The notes beneath the pieces are model-generated. The model was not told where the DNA came from. It saw only the letters and a list, made by a program, of their open reading frames with translations, and made no database searches. Of a stretch of DNA of 64,000 nt, positions 47,017-59,317 are shown one piece after another. Location: positions 1,612,001 to 1,676,000 of the forward strand of contig OZ374564.1 of NCBI GenBank assembly GCA_977862235.1, written 5' to 3'. Numbering within the stretch: the stretch's first letter is position 1; the number at the start of each line of letters is the position of its first letter. This DNA comes from Dudresnaya verticillata. Its lineage: Eukaryota. The position numbers and the translations under genes were made by a program.

Positions 47017-47252
47017 TGTAGATACCTACTGAAGTAGGATCTTAAGTAGGGAGCATCACAGCACTACACCAAGCAAAGCCACACTCTTTTTGCTTGCTCC
47101 GCCATGGAGGTCGTGGGATCGAGTCCCGCAGGTGTGTGAACGTGCGAAGCTGGAGAGTAGTCTACAGCGGACCAAGCAAAAAGATTGTGGCTTTGCTTGG
47201 TGTAGAGCTGTGATGCTCCCTACTTAAGATCCTACTTTAGTAGGTATCTACA
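47017..47252. mobile_element. Fold-back derivative of the short TG..CA element, about 85-bp inverted arms, TSD GCAT
   Basis: Full unit 47017..47166 followed by the reverse complement of its 5' half; GCAT on both sides. Confidence 0.85.
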
Positions 47253-49796
47253 GCATTTAAGTCTGGACACGCTCGTGTATCTGCGTGTCTTCGTTTCAGC
47301 TCTTGTTTCGCAGTACAAGCGGACCCTACCGGCAGGCTACGCAGCGTTTAAAAAAACGTCTTGCTGATGTTGAGCAGGATCTACAATGTCAATGAGTATT
47401 GGAGCGGCCAGTCATCGAGTCTGTTTTCATATACAGTATTGCTTCGAAAAAGCAGACGTCCCTTGCGCCTTTTCGCACATCCTTGTTAGCGCAAAGCACC
47501 TCTGCTTTCAAGCTACGGTTGTTCTTCGCGTCATCATCATAACAGCCGTCAAACGACTGCAAAGATGTCCGCTCGTTTTTCGGTACCGCATGGGGAAGCA
47601 TGATACTGCACATACTTCGATCGCACAAGCAACTTGTTTTCCCAGCCAGTCACGCGCTGTTATATCTCTGAATATTATTTTTTCGGGTAAGGGGGGAGAT
47701 GTCCGCATGGAAGGGAGGCGTTAGGGAGCTGAAGCGGTCTCTCACGAAACTCGCTGCTGGGTACGAAGGATGTGTTGTTTTGCGACGGCAACCGCATCGC
47801 TCAATCTCGCCGGTCGTCGCAGCTACTCTGACAAATTGTTGAATACATACGGTGTCAGCTTCTATGTACTGTATGACACACTGGACTCGGCATCCTGGAA
47901 GTTGTCGCTGATTTCATCTCATAGAGCAGTTTGCAGCGAAGGACAGAGCCAAGAAGAACACTTCCTTTGTGCCATGCTCAGACTCTGAACATGCCATGCA
48001 ATACAGCGTACTGTTCGGACATTCAGATCTTCGAAGATATACTTTACCGGAGGCGTTGTGTTATCGCTTTTCTGGTTCGGTAACAGCTGTGGTCTTTAGG
48101 AGCGCAAAAAAACTTGGAGAGATGAATCAAACACACACATGTGTAAGCGCTCAGGTATCTTGCACGGATATCACTGGAGCAACGGGCTTGGAGAAGCCAT
48201 GGGGCCTAATCGTGCTAATTGTTCTCCATATTTTTGAAGGGGGTGTTCCGTGGACTCCTTGCACGCAAGGACTTTAGCAAATACTAAAGACAACTATCAG
48301 AGTTGGAGTTCCATTTTTTTGATTTAATAGTCGAGATGGAGTACAGGGAAAGTCCCAAAAGGTGAAATCACAGAAAGAATTGCTGTCAAGCAGTGAGAGA
48401 GAAGGGGAACTTTATGAAGGTGGTGATAGGGAGCTCTACGAAGCTCCCGAGGGCTTGTACTCTGCCGTATCGGATACCCTTCAGACAAAAGTCCCCATAA
48501 AGCCTTGGAAAACAAATGAAATCCAGTAACGCTTGCAGAGCTGCTCGCATCAGAATGCAAGACCTTTACTTCAATCTATGGATCAGCCCTGGGAAAGAAC
48601 ATAATCACCAGGACACGTAGTAAGCGGAGGGGATACGTTGCGGCGAGAATCATATTTCCATCGTTGTCTTGGTTTCGGCATTCATAGTGGCTTAGGTCCC
48701 GAGTGCCGCATCCCTCCAGGCACTAATACCTCTCCCGTCGAGGCACTACTCCCTCTCAGGAATATCCCTCAGTATCCTCTCTCCTCGTCTTCCCTATTCT
48801 GCGCTTCACGGCTATGGCTGTGCATCGCAGGATCTATCCTGCAGCTGTGATTACTTCACGATGGGAATGCTTTTTGAGCTTCTTGTGTTGATGTGAAAGC
48901 CTTAAAAGAGGCATGGCATCATCATACAGCAAATATCTAAAAGAGTCAACAGCACGATGAGATGAACCTCCATAGCACATGCGTCAAGGCGCAAATCTAT
49001 CGTCACTATTGAATCAAGAAGACCAAGACTGAGATTTATTATCCGGAGTTTCGCAAAGTAGTATGTACTGCACACAAAGCAACTCTGTCCAAATTCCTCC
49101 AACCAAATGTAATGTCGATGTGAACATCCCTTCTCTCTTTTCGCTCAACCACTTTGGCAAGAATCAATCAATACCTGTTCTTTTCATGAGGCGTTTTTCC
49201 TCACCTGTCGCATGCTTTTCTCTGTTGTGTTGTGTCTGACTCTGGCTATTGGGCTTCCAAATAAGTTTCTTTTACTTTCAAAGGATGATAGAGGCCTTTA
49301 TGGGTCTTCCAAAGGGAGAACCCATGCCCTTGAATTTCACACCTACTGCATGTTGTATGGTGATTGCAGACAAACATTCTCCAAACAACGTCACAGTCTT
49401 CAAAGAAGTACAAATTCACCCAAACACACTTAGGGTACAAGTGTGGTGGCTCGTAGGCGGTAGCTGCCGAAATCGCCCAACTCAAAATCATGTTGAGAAA
49501 ACTTATACCATCACTCAGACACACTGATACCATACTTTACCAGTAAACTAGGAATGTCTACTATAGTAAAAACGTCCACGGGTCACCGGTACTGCAGCTA
49601 CGACAACGTTTCCTGCGACATAGTGCTATGCTACATGGTTAGGGTTTCTCTTCTTTGAGGAGCGAGAAACAACCCGGAGTTTGAAACTTATTGTGCTCAC
49701 GTATAAATATATAAGAGAGGTTGACCGTTTTCTGCACAACAACCACGTTCAACTGTGTAAATCCACCATTGTCATTCCCACCCATACGATCTCTTC

Positions 49797-52251
49797 ATGA
49801 ACTACCGCGTAACAATACTCCTTTTTCTGCTTGCGCTCCTCGGGGCTTCTTCTGCTCATGCGAAAAGGCGATTTCGCGATATTGCCTCAAAACTGTCTCG
49901 ATCTGGCATATTTTATTCGAGGGTTCCCAGCCTTACTAACGAGGTATGGAAGAAGACGCTGCGAAAATCCCTTACCGAGCCCCAACCGGCCTCGAACTTT
50001 TTCGACTTTCCATGGGGTTCGACTGGACTCACCGGCGTCGCGGTTGGGGACTTTAATGGAGGTAGGTTCACTTTCACCCGAAGCATCCTTTCATTTCACT
50101 GAAAGGCATCTGACACTTCTAAACTAATTGTTCTTTCCGTACTCGAAAAGATGGCATGGATGATATCTATGTTACGAACGGGCCTGGTGCTGCCAATAGT
50201 CTGTTCATCAACACCTTTTCCAAAACAGGTCGCATTCATTTCCAGGAAGTCGCCGATAAAGCTGGTGTAACTGCGTCAAACCAAGATTCAACAGGAGTGT
50301 GTTATGGTGATTTAAATGGGGATGGCCTTCCGGATCTTGTTGTTCTGAGCGAATTCAATGCCAACAAGATATTCTTGTCGAAAGGACACGGACGTTTTCA
50401 GGAGATCTCTTGGACTGGTGCTACAGGGGACAACTCATCATTTGCTTCCGCCTCATGCGCTATGGGCGATGTTAACAACGATGGTCGCCTAGATCTGGTA
50501 ATCGCAAACGGTATTCCAAGAGACACATATCAGGCCTGTCTGGTGGTACCGTTCGACCTCAATCCACCGAACCAGCTCTTTATTAATAAGGGCGTGCCAG
50601 GGACATTTGACCTTAGCTTCGATGACGTCTCTTTCACTTCTGGTATTAACGACCTAGGGGGCGACGTCCCCGCTGGCAAGTACACAGGTACTTGGGCAGC
50701 CACGCTAATTGACATGGACATGGACGGTAACCTCGATATTGTCCTTGCGGATGATCAATGCGGAGTTCGCTCAAAGAAACAAGACCCTGATACTGGGGTA
50801 AATCGCGGTGACATTCGAATAATGCGTGGCGATGGAACCGGGCACTTCACATCCCGCATTATATCACCGGTCACCTCCAAAACGATCAATCGCAGGGGAG
50901 GAGAAGCATGGATGGGTCTCAGTTTCGGGGACTTCAACTGCGACGGAAGAATCGACTTTTTCGCGACAAACTTCGGAGACTATCACGGAGGCCGGTTCGA
51001 TGTTACTCGGGGCAGACCAATAAGGTCTATCGGTTCGCAATCTTCGCGCTGGTTTCTCGCGGACGATTCATCGCAAGGGTACAGCGATGCCTCGATCAAA
51101 ATGACTGGCCCGACTGTGTTTGGTTGGGGGACCGCTGTATTTGACTATGGTTTGTTTCTGCACTTGTTCCCTTCGAAAGGATCATGCGGTCCGCTCGACA
51201 GATGCTAACAAAGTAACTTCTTTTGCACCTTGTCAAATTGGTGACTACGCTTACTACTGGAATGTCATTTTCGACCGCGACAATATGAAATGTTCTAGAC
51301 AACGATGGTGACCAAGGTACGCATTGCTTTTCTTTCGGATACCTTCGATATACCTACCTGAAAGTTTTGGTTCGCTTCTGAGTTGAATTGTGCTAACACC
51401 TTGTTTTCACTTGCCGTTTGCGCAGATATTGTCTATGTCGGAAGCCTGGATGTGCCCTTCTTTGCAGGATCTGATAATCCGAACGTTATTCTCAAGAACA
51501 AGGCGTGCAAGGCGAAGTTCTCACTTGATCTTAAGGCACTGAAACCCACGGGAAGTGGGCGCGGCTACAATGGGCTTGCAATTGGTGATTTCAACATGGA
51601 TGGATATCCTGACGCAGTGGCTGTGACACCGTATGTTTCAGATCGCAAGAATTGGGCAAGACCAGTTAAGTTCAATTCGCCACTGGACAAGAGGGCCTAC
51701 TTCACAACCCAGATGCAGCGGGACATGAACGGGACATTCTCGTGGACCGGTAAGACGCTGAAGAATGGAGACATGATGGTTCAAATCAACCGCGCGGGCG
51801 CAGATGCTGGGTATCGATCCGACCTCTGGGAATGCAAGGGATCCTGAAGGATGGCGCCGTTAATCGCGGCGCACTAGGAACGACATTAATAGTGGAGCCG
51901 AAAGGGCTTCCTGGCGTGATAACGCCGATCGTGAGTGGGGATAGTTTTGCCTCACAGCACAGTCCGCGGAGAAACTTTGGACTCGGTAAGAAATGCATTG
52001 GAAATGTGGAAATCTTATGGCCAAGAGGCGTCCGGAACCGGCTGTATTCAGTGCGAAACAAGGAAATGTTGACTGTACCGGAGATCCCATGCAGCTTCAA
52101 TGGTGCATGGGAGAGTGAGGAAATGTACGCCAGATGCGTGGAAGGTGCTGTTGCGGAGCTAGTGAAGAAAGATGTCGTGGATAGCCGGTTTGGTGATCGT
52201 CTTCTGAGCAGCGCACGTAGAGCCAGGCGCGAATATGTTAGAAGCAAGTGA
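49797..52251 (+). CDS. Secreted FG-GAP/VCBS-repeat + ASPIC/UnbV (CRTAC1-like) protein; exons 49797-50061, 50151-51149, 51299-51316, 51426-52251; frameshift near 51820
   Basis: Signal peptide; repeated GDxNxDGxxD motifs restored across GT-AG introns that contain CTAAC/CTAAT branch-like sites; C-terminal NFGLG...VEILWP motif. Confidence 0.85.
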
Positions 52252-52505
52252 GGGATAGTAGAGCACTTGGTCGTTTGTATATGTCTTCATAAGGGTATAT
52301 CAATCTCAGTCTTTACCATTCTGGTAGGGAAAGCTAGGGAAAGTCACGTATGAATGCTACCGAATGCGTAGTAACAGGATGGAATATTGCATTTACTCAA
52401 TACAGTGGATTGCTGGTTCTATAATTCTGGACCGGTTGGGACGAGCCCTGAGCCGAGTCGAACCCAACCACTTCAGCTCCCTGCAAATACTCGCGGCTGC
52501 CCTGG

Positions 52506-53410
52506 CTATGGCGTTCTACCTGCGCCTACCTGATGCGCTCCTGTGCACTGGTGCTGACCCGCCCTCGGCTTGGTTGCGACAATCGCGCTCCATGCCTGCC
52601 CTTCGACCTCGGTCATGACACCGATGCTGCTAATGTACGAAACCATGTACTTCTCCATGAACCCCTGTTTGCTCTCCTCCATGTCGTCCCGCAGCAGTCG
52701 CGTACTCTCGCAGAACCGCCGGAATGACGAAAATAGGTGCGAGGTGAAGTCCCTCGTGCGCAACACAAGAAACCCCACCTCCTCGACCAGTCTCTCGTAC
52801 TACTCCAACGAATAAATATCTGTCGAGATGGCGTTGCGCTTCGTGTACACATTGGCATTTTCCTGAAGTGCGTTGGTCACGACCATCATGTCCGAGGAGA
52901 CAATCACGGCGTCTGGCTTCGCTACGCGGAAAGCCTCTTCCACGGTTTGCTTCTTGTCCACGGCGTGCATGAAGGAGTCGATGGACACGACGACGTCGAA
53001 CCTCGCGTCCCACTCTTCCGATATGTCGTCGTACGATCCGTCAAACAACTCCACGAGGTGATGCAGACCGAGGCTCTCAATGCGCGAGCGATTGAAGCTG
53101 TTTTGCAGGTGGAGGCCGTTGACACACGTAACGTGGGTGGCGGTGTGCTGCGCCATGTGGTGCCCGATGCCGCTGTTACCGGACCGAGTTCCAAGACGAG
53201 GACGCCAGACGCGAAGCGCGCGCCGACGTCGCGAGCCAGTTGCATGTACACGTCGATGACGTTCTGGCAGGCCTGGTGCGTGGTGTCGTGCGGCGTCAGG
53301 TATAGCCCGCCGTGGATGACGCCGCAGCCGTCCGACACCACACGCTTGTAGAACTCGTCGACGGTCTGGTACACCGCCCTCATCTCTTCCACGACCTTGG
53401 CCGTCTACAT
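52506..53410 (-). pseudogene. SAM-dependent methyltransferase (sarcosine/dimethylglycine N-MT or sterol-MT-like), disrupted
   Basis: IHGGLY; VLELG[S]GNSG with a 1-nt deletion near 53183; FDVVVSIDSFMH; EAFRVAKP; in-frame TAG at 52800-52802. Confidence 0.8.
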
Positions 53411-54237
53411 GCTGGCGACGAGAGTGCGCGCGAGCTTGCTCTCCCGGTCGGGCTACGTGGGGGTTCTGGCGGACGGGGTGCGTACGAGGTATAACAGCGA
53501 TCCTTATGGCCGAGCGAGTGAAGAAGGTCGCAGTAGAGATACTGAGTTTGCCGTACAGCATGACCGAAAGCTTGACTGATGCTGTGGCCTCAACTTTTTG
53601 CATTTGGGACTCCTTATGTCCAGTTTTGGCTGAGGATTGGAGTACACAGTGTATTACATCCCTTGCACCCGAATGAACGCTATCGCGGCAACTCGTCTTT
53701 GAGGACCTGAAGAGAGCGCCCTTTGTTCGCCCATTGCACTCGATCTATCGTGCCGCTCTCGCTTCGGCCTTCTTGAAGCAGTTGAGCCTACGCCTTCGAA
53801 ATCCGACTATATACCGGCATCGCCTCTAAGGACATGTTTAGCGACTCGCAATGAATCGAGCGCCCAGTCTTCCTCAGCGCACCTATTGTCCACGTCTAGA
53901 CCCTACCCGGATCTAGTTGCCGCTTTCTGAGAAGAATTCCCTCCCGCATCGTACGACCTCATTGGGGGGAAGGACTGGCACCGTGGAGGTGAAAATGTCT
54001 CCATCGGATGGGGGTTACTCGTCGAAGGCATTCAGGCGAACGATGGAATTAAGTCGGATTACTGTGCGGCTGCAGGCCACAGCCATGCAAGACGAGTTTT
54101 CGCTGGTGCCAGGACAACATTGGATACAGTGGAGTAAGGTGATTACAGCACTGCCCGGTCCTTACGGAACATCAAATGTTCCAATCGAGGTGCCTTGCAA
54201 GGCGCGTTGTACCAAGCAATAAAACTTCCAGATCTCT

Positions 54238-54879
54238 TCAGCTTTGCGCTGATGATCTGCGGTTTGCGTTGCCCTTCTTTTTCTTCCTGGTCTTCCCAAT
54301 CCTGTGTCGGATCACAGAGAGAGTGTCCTCCTTTCTCCAACTTGAAGATGCCTTTTCGGATTGTGCACGCGCTTGGTCTTCTGGAATATGACGTTCCACA
54401 GTCTCTCTCTGTATTTTGGCGGAGCTGCGTGCAACACCATTCTTGCATTGTTCCAAACGTAGTTGAGTTGCTCGCTGACGCAACATAAGCAACCGAATTT
54501 TCCCAACAGCAACTTTCTTGTAGAAACACTGCTCCCATTCATTAATCGTCAGCTGGCCGCGAAGAGCAGGCTCCGGTTTCATTTGTAAGGCAATTTGCGC
54601 CATATCCTTGGCAAATGCCGTAAGAGAGTCGTACGGCTTGTCCATGAATGTGTCGCACCGAATTGTCGCTATGACCTCCTTTAAACGCTTCTGATCCTCA
54701 ACAGCGTTCAGCTTGTTTGGAAAACACGCTATGAGGGTTCCATCTTCCTGGACCCTTGCCGTGAAATGCACCTTGCGGTACTCAAAGGTAACCTTTGCTC
54801 TGGTAGACAACATGCCGGCTTCAATAAGTTGGCGCATCCTACGAGCTGACTCTGATGGGCTTGCCACCTTCTCTCCCAT
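54238..54879 (-). CDS. RAMA-domain-like protein with a basic C-terminus
   Basis: QLIEAGML...FEYR..HFTARVQEDG...YDSLTAFA...NEWEQCFY resembles the RAMA pattern of MPND. Confidence 0.6.
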   Translation of the reverse strand: MGEKVASPSESARRMRQLIEAGMLSTRAKVTFEYRKVHFTARVQEDGTLIACFPNKLNAVEDQKRLKEVIATIRCDTFMDKPYDSLTAFAKDMAQIALQMKPEPALRGQLTINEWEQCFYKKVAVGKIRLLMLRQRATQLRLEQCKNGVARSSAKIQRETVERHIPEDQARAQSEKASSSWRKEDTLSVIRHRIGKTRKKKKGNANRRSSAQS

Positions 54880-55368
54880 GACTTCGAGCTCCTCAAAAGC
54901 ACAGTTTGAGGATCGTAATTGACTGAGCTGCAGTGTTCTCCTCGAGGGAGCTCCGTGTCCCTTGCTCGTTCTTCTAGTTGATGTGGTCTACGGATGAATA
55001 GAAGAATTCTTGCGTGAAACTTGCCACACGAGATGCGACCTTCAAGAGGCGTTTGAGACGAGAGATTGAGACCTTTATGCATAGGAAAGACTACGGCCCC
55101 GTAAGGGATTGAGACGAGAGGAAAGCGAAAGAGTACTCGTGGCCCATTGCCGCTTAGCATTTTTCCCGCCATCTCGTCCCGCGAAAACGAATCGGTAGGG
55201 AAACTGTATTTTTTTGCAATTTTCAATAGCCTTTGAAATCAGCGTTGCCGGCAATTTCAGTTGACATTCAGGGGTTTGACAATCTCTTCACCGTAGCACT
55301 GGTAGAGGGGTAAACGTCACTTTCCGAAAGCATAAAGCTAGAGAATCCCTACTGGATACTCTTAAGCA

Positions 55369-57430
55369 CTACATAGGAGGAAAATCTGCAGGAGCCAAGC
55401 GGCGACGATTGACGCTGACGGCGACAAACTGCGTAACAAACGAGACAAGACGATTCAAGAGAGCATGTTTCTCAGCAAGCGGGCAAGTGCCTTTCTTTTC
55501 GGCAGGAAAGTTGGCGAAGACTTGAGCGCCGATGTCGAAGCCAGCACCGGTGCGTCCACATATATCAATGTCCATCGGGTGCAGCTCGATGATCACAAAC
55601 AGCGTGGTAATAGTTACGTTTCACCCTCTCGCGGGCAAGGATGGCCTGACCAGCGACGCGACCGGTTCTGCCCGGCAATAAATGGGGACTCACGACAGAG
55701 AAATCGAACGCTTGTGCTTTAGGGGCAATTCTGCGATCTTCCACGTAGATGTCTAGGCGAAGCGTGTCGCGGGTGGGGTCATAGGGATCGACAAAGGGCT
55801 CTTCCAGGCGAAGTGGGACACCATGATGAAGCGCAACAGTACGAATATGAGCAGCGAGTTTGTCACGAAGGCCGTTATGGCGACGGGTAGACCCTTCGCG
55901 AGCGCCGCTAACTGTGGCATGGTGCCCACAGCGGTCGAGCAGAGGGATAGAGGAGCGGGTGCCAGCTACGCTGCGGGAGCATGGGAGGTCACCACTGAAC
56001 AACGGGAGACCGAGACGAAGGCGGACCATGGTCTTCCAGATCTCAGGCTCGACGTCAAGATCACTCCCGTGAAAAGGGCTACTTTGCAACAACCTGATTA
56101 TCTGCACAATGGGATGTGCAATGAAATTATGCAGCCACAGCAACCTCTTTTGAGGAAGCTTACGGTACCTCAAACACCTCATTATGACACTGCAACGGAT
56201 TTACCAGTTTCGTATTGACGCATCGCACTCGGGGTGACCGTTGCCGTGTCTCGGGTTTCAGTTCGCACGACGAGGAAGTTATTGGCGACGCGGATCCACT
56301 AGTTTCCCTGTCGACGAACGAAGAGTTCTCACGTCACCGGAAGTTTCACGGTTTGTTCTCTTCACAACTTTGTTCACCGCTTTGGTTCCATATCTGTCTC
56401 TTCGTCGAAGAATTTGTTTCCCGAGGACTCTGTGCTTTCAATCTCCAACGCACACTGCGTCACCATACCGGTTTTGTTTTCCCTCCCCCCTCTTCCCCTT
56501 TTCTGTAGTACGTGCTGTGAATCACAGTTCCCGCTGTATTATAGTTGAGGATGATATATGTTCGATGTTCTACAGCAAAAATTCGCTACCTGAGACATGC
56601 TACTGGTCCCGGGACAGCCCGACGAGCTACTGTCGGGTGGGCGCCCGTAGTTTCGGCGGTTGACTACGGCCAGCTCGGGCGCCCTGCGCGTTTCTGAAAG
56701 AACAAACCTGCCACCGGGCAGGTCTTCCCAAACCATACTTGATAGCCCTCGTAAACAAGCGCATGCACATCCTGGGTTTTCGACAAATTTCTGGCAGCAC
56801 ATGGAGCGGGATAAAGGCGTGTGTTTGATGGTTTCGAGAGGTATCATGGGAGGTAAGCGCATTAATGAGAAGTTACCCGCATTACCCGCATTGCAGTAGC
56901 CGACGTTGCAGATGAGGATGCTCCGATCCGCTAGAAGTATATGTGGTTTCTCACCAGCCACCGCATGGATGTCGTTGTGCATGCTGGCCTCTACGCCCCT
57001 ACACCACAGACATATGATGTTACAGTCGCTGCTCCCATCGCAGGAAACTGCCACTCTGTCGCCTCCAAAACCGCGGGTGCCGCCGTTGGATGGCTGAACA
57101 TCTCAATTTGATATACTACAGGGAGATGGGGACATTTATGGTAGGGTTCGAAGGGCGCTAAGTCGCCCCGTCTATGCAAGGACCTACCTGAAGGGGAAGA
57201 CGACGGCGATTGATCGCCATCGCCTGAAAGCGGAGAAGATGAGATACAATGCGAATCGTGAGTGCTTGTGTTTCGTATACTACAGCAGCTTTCTCAACTC
57301 GGAGGCATAGAATTCCATATCCATAGGTATTGATAGGTACGGTGCGCTCGGACCCCAAGTAAGGCAGGTGCTCTACATCATCGGATGCTATGCTTGCCAT
57401 ATCCGAGGAACAAACCCAACTACGAAACAT
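55369..57430 (-). mobile_element. Degenerate RLE-type non-LTR retrotransposon, 3' part
   Basis: RLRLGLP...DRCGHHA...RRHN...EEP...RLDI...FDFSVVSP...K..YY in ORF 55565..56182; the upstream extent is uncertain. Confidence 0.65.
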
Positions 57431-58682
57431 CAGCCGTTACTGTCCCCCTTTTGTCTACCCTCCTTCGTTACCAAACTCTGGTAATTAAACGGCACCGCGT
57501 TCATTTCCATATAAACTCACTGCATCCGGCAGCCTCGTAGAGCTCCCTTTTGTCTCCTGAGTAAAGTTCCCATTCTCTCTCATAAGCTTTAAAAAAAGAT
57601 GATGAAAGAAACAATCTGGGAGGACACATTGCTCAAACCAGAAGCCCTGTCAAGGCGTCGTCCCTTTTTGGTTCACCTTGCGTATTGTGCCCGGGGTTTA
57701 CCACAAGACTCTTGAAAGGTATTTCTTTGCTACTCAACCGAGCCTGTTTATTGGCACGAATGTTAAAGGTGAGCGCGGGGTTTTCAAGGATTTAATACCT
57801 GAGCCAGAGTGAAACTTGTCGTTCTCGATAAAAGAGTAAGCAAGCTCGCGAGAAGTTGAGAGAAGACTGATTGCAGCGATAGCAGCACAGCTCTTAATAG
57901 ATGCAGAGGTTTGGGTGTGTTACACTGCTTGGGGAAGAGTGGTGTTCGAAGAGAGCAATACGGCTGCATGCCGTACACAGCGTAGCAGAGGAGGAAGCAA
58001 CACACTGCCGTATCTGAAAGGGGATTGATTAGTGCGATATCTGCCAGAAGATTCCAGAAGAAAAGCCAATGAAGCAACATCTGAACCGTCACGTATAACA
58101 TTCCAACATCTCTCATAACAATTCATGCATTGTGTACCCATCACAATGCGACCACCATAAATGGTTATGGGGTACAGAGAGATGGGAACCTTCACGTAAA
58201 TGGACGAGGAAGGCTAACTTTCCCTTGAGAACTTACAAATGCGTGGACCGTGAGGTGATAGCTTGATAGCGCAATAGCTGTGAGCTGAAACGAAGTATGA
58301 GGTTGCGGATTTCCTCAACGGGATTGGTACCACGGCTTTCTGAAGCAGAGCGACCAATGGAGCGCAGGCCTTTACGAGCTTCAGTCCCCATAGAACCACC
58401 GCTGTTAATTCCAACTGTAGAGATGTCCATTCCTTCCCCTACGGCTAGGGATTGGTAATGCACGCGCTTCAGATCTTCAGCAAGATTATCTTAGCAGTGG
58501 CACATGGGGACTTTGACAGCACGCACTCACGCCCCCTTGCGCATCACTCACAATATTCTCTTCTTTATTCTTGTTCCTCATCCCTGTCCAAAATACATGG
58601 CAAGTGCTTCAAGTCTGAACACCTCGTGAATATTCCATTCCAGCCAAACCTTGCTCCACAAACATCCCCAAATCCTGCATAC

Positions 58683-58850
58683 TGTAGACTACTCCGCAGC
58701 ATCGCACGAGCACGTACCCGCGGGACTCGATCCCGAGACCCCATGAGGGACCAACGAAAAGAAACCAACAAGCTTTTTGCCGCTTGTAGATACCTACTGG
58801 AGTAGGATCTTAAGTAGGGAGCATCACAGCACTACATCAAGCAAAGTCAC
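58683..58850. mobile_element. Rearranged copy of the short TG..CA element: 3' half on - (58683..58784), 5' half on + (58785..58850)
   Basis: Both halves align to 30996..31173 in opposite orientations. Confidence 0.8.
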
Positions 58851-58874
58851 ACGGAAGCGGAAGGGGGTCATCCG

Positions 58875-58953
58875 TAGCCATGGCAGTACTATCCTAGCCA
58901 TGGCGGCTGCACTATCCTAGCCATGGCGGCTGTATTATCCTAGCCATGGCGGC
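58875..58953. repeat. Four-copy 20-23 bp tandem repeat with palindromic GCCATGGC core
   Basis: TAGCCATGGC(G/A)G...TATCC repeated. Confidence 0.9.
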
Positions 58954-59317
58954 GGATCACCCCCACTTCATGAGAATCTATAAAAAAATCTACGAGCAAC
59001 CTTGATACAGTACATTTATCAATATCGCGTACGTTATGCGGCGTAACCCCTCATAATATTTTTTATTGTTCTTTGCAACAGCTCCTCCTCCTTCGCAACC
59101 CTGGTTGTTCCAATCTGTGTCATTTTAACTCCTTATCGTTCTCTCGGGTTACCAGCAAGAATACCCTGCTCCGAAACATTCCTGCTCGACTGCGCCCTCA
59201 AAAGCAACACACACACACGGCCTAGTCCGATCAGCCAAACCAACTCACAAGCACAAGCTTTTGAGCCCCATACTCTCCTTCGCCTCTCTTCATTTCCACA
59301 ACCATCGAAAACCAACT

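Noticed and set aside
47095..47140. tRNA gene
   Set aside because: Only a T-arm-like part; no convincing acceptor stem or D arm; lies within a repeat.
58875..58953. CRISPR-like array
   Set aside because: No unique spacers, no cas genes, eukaryotic context.
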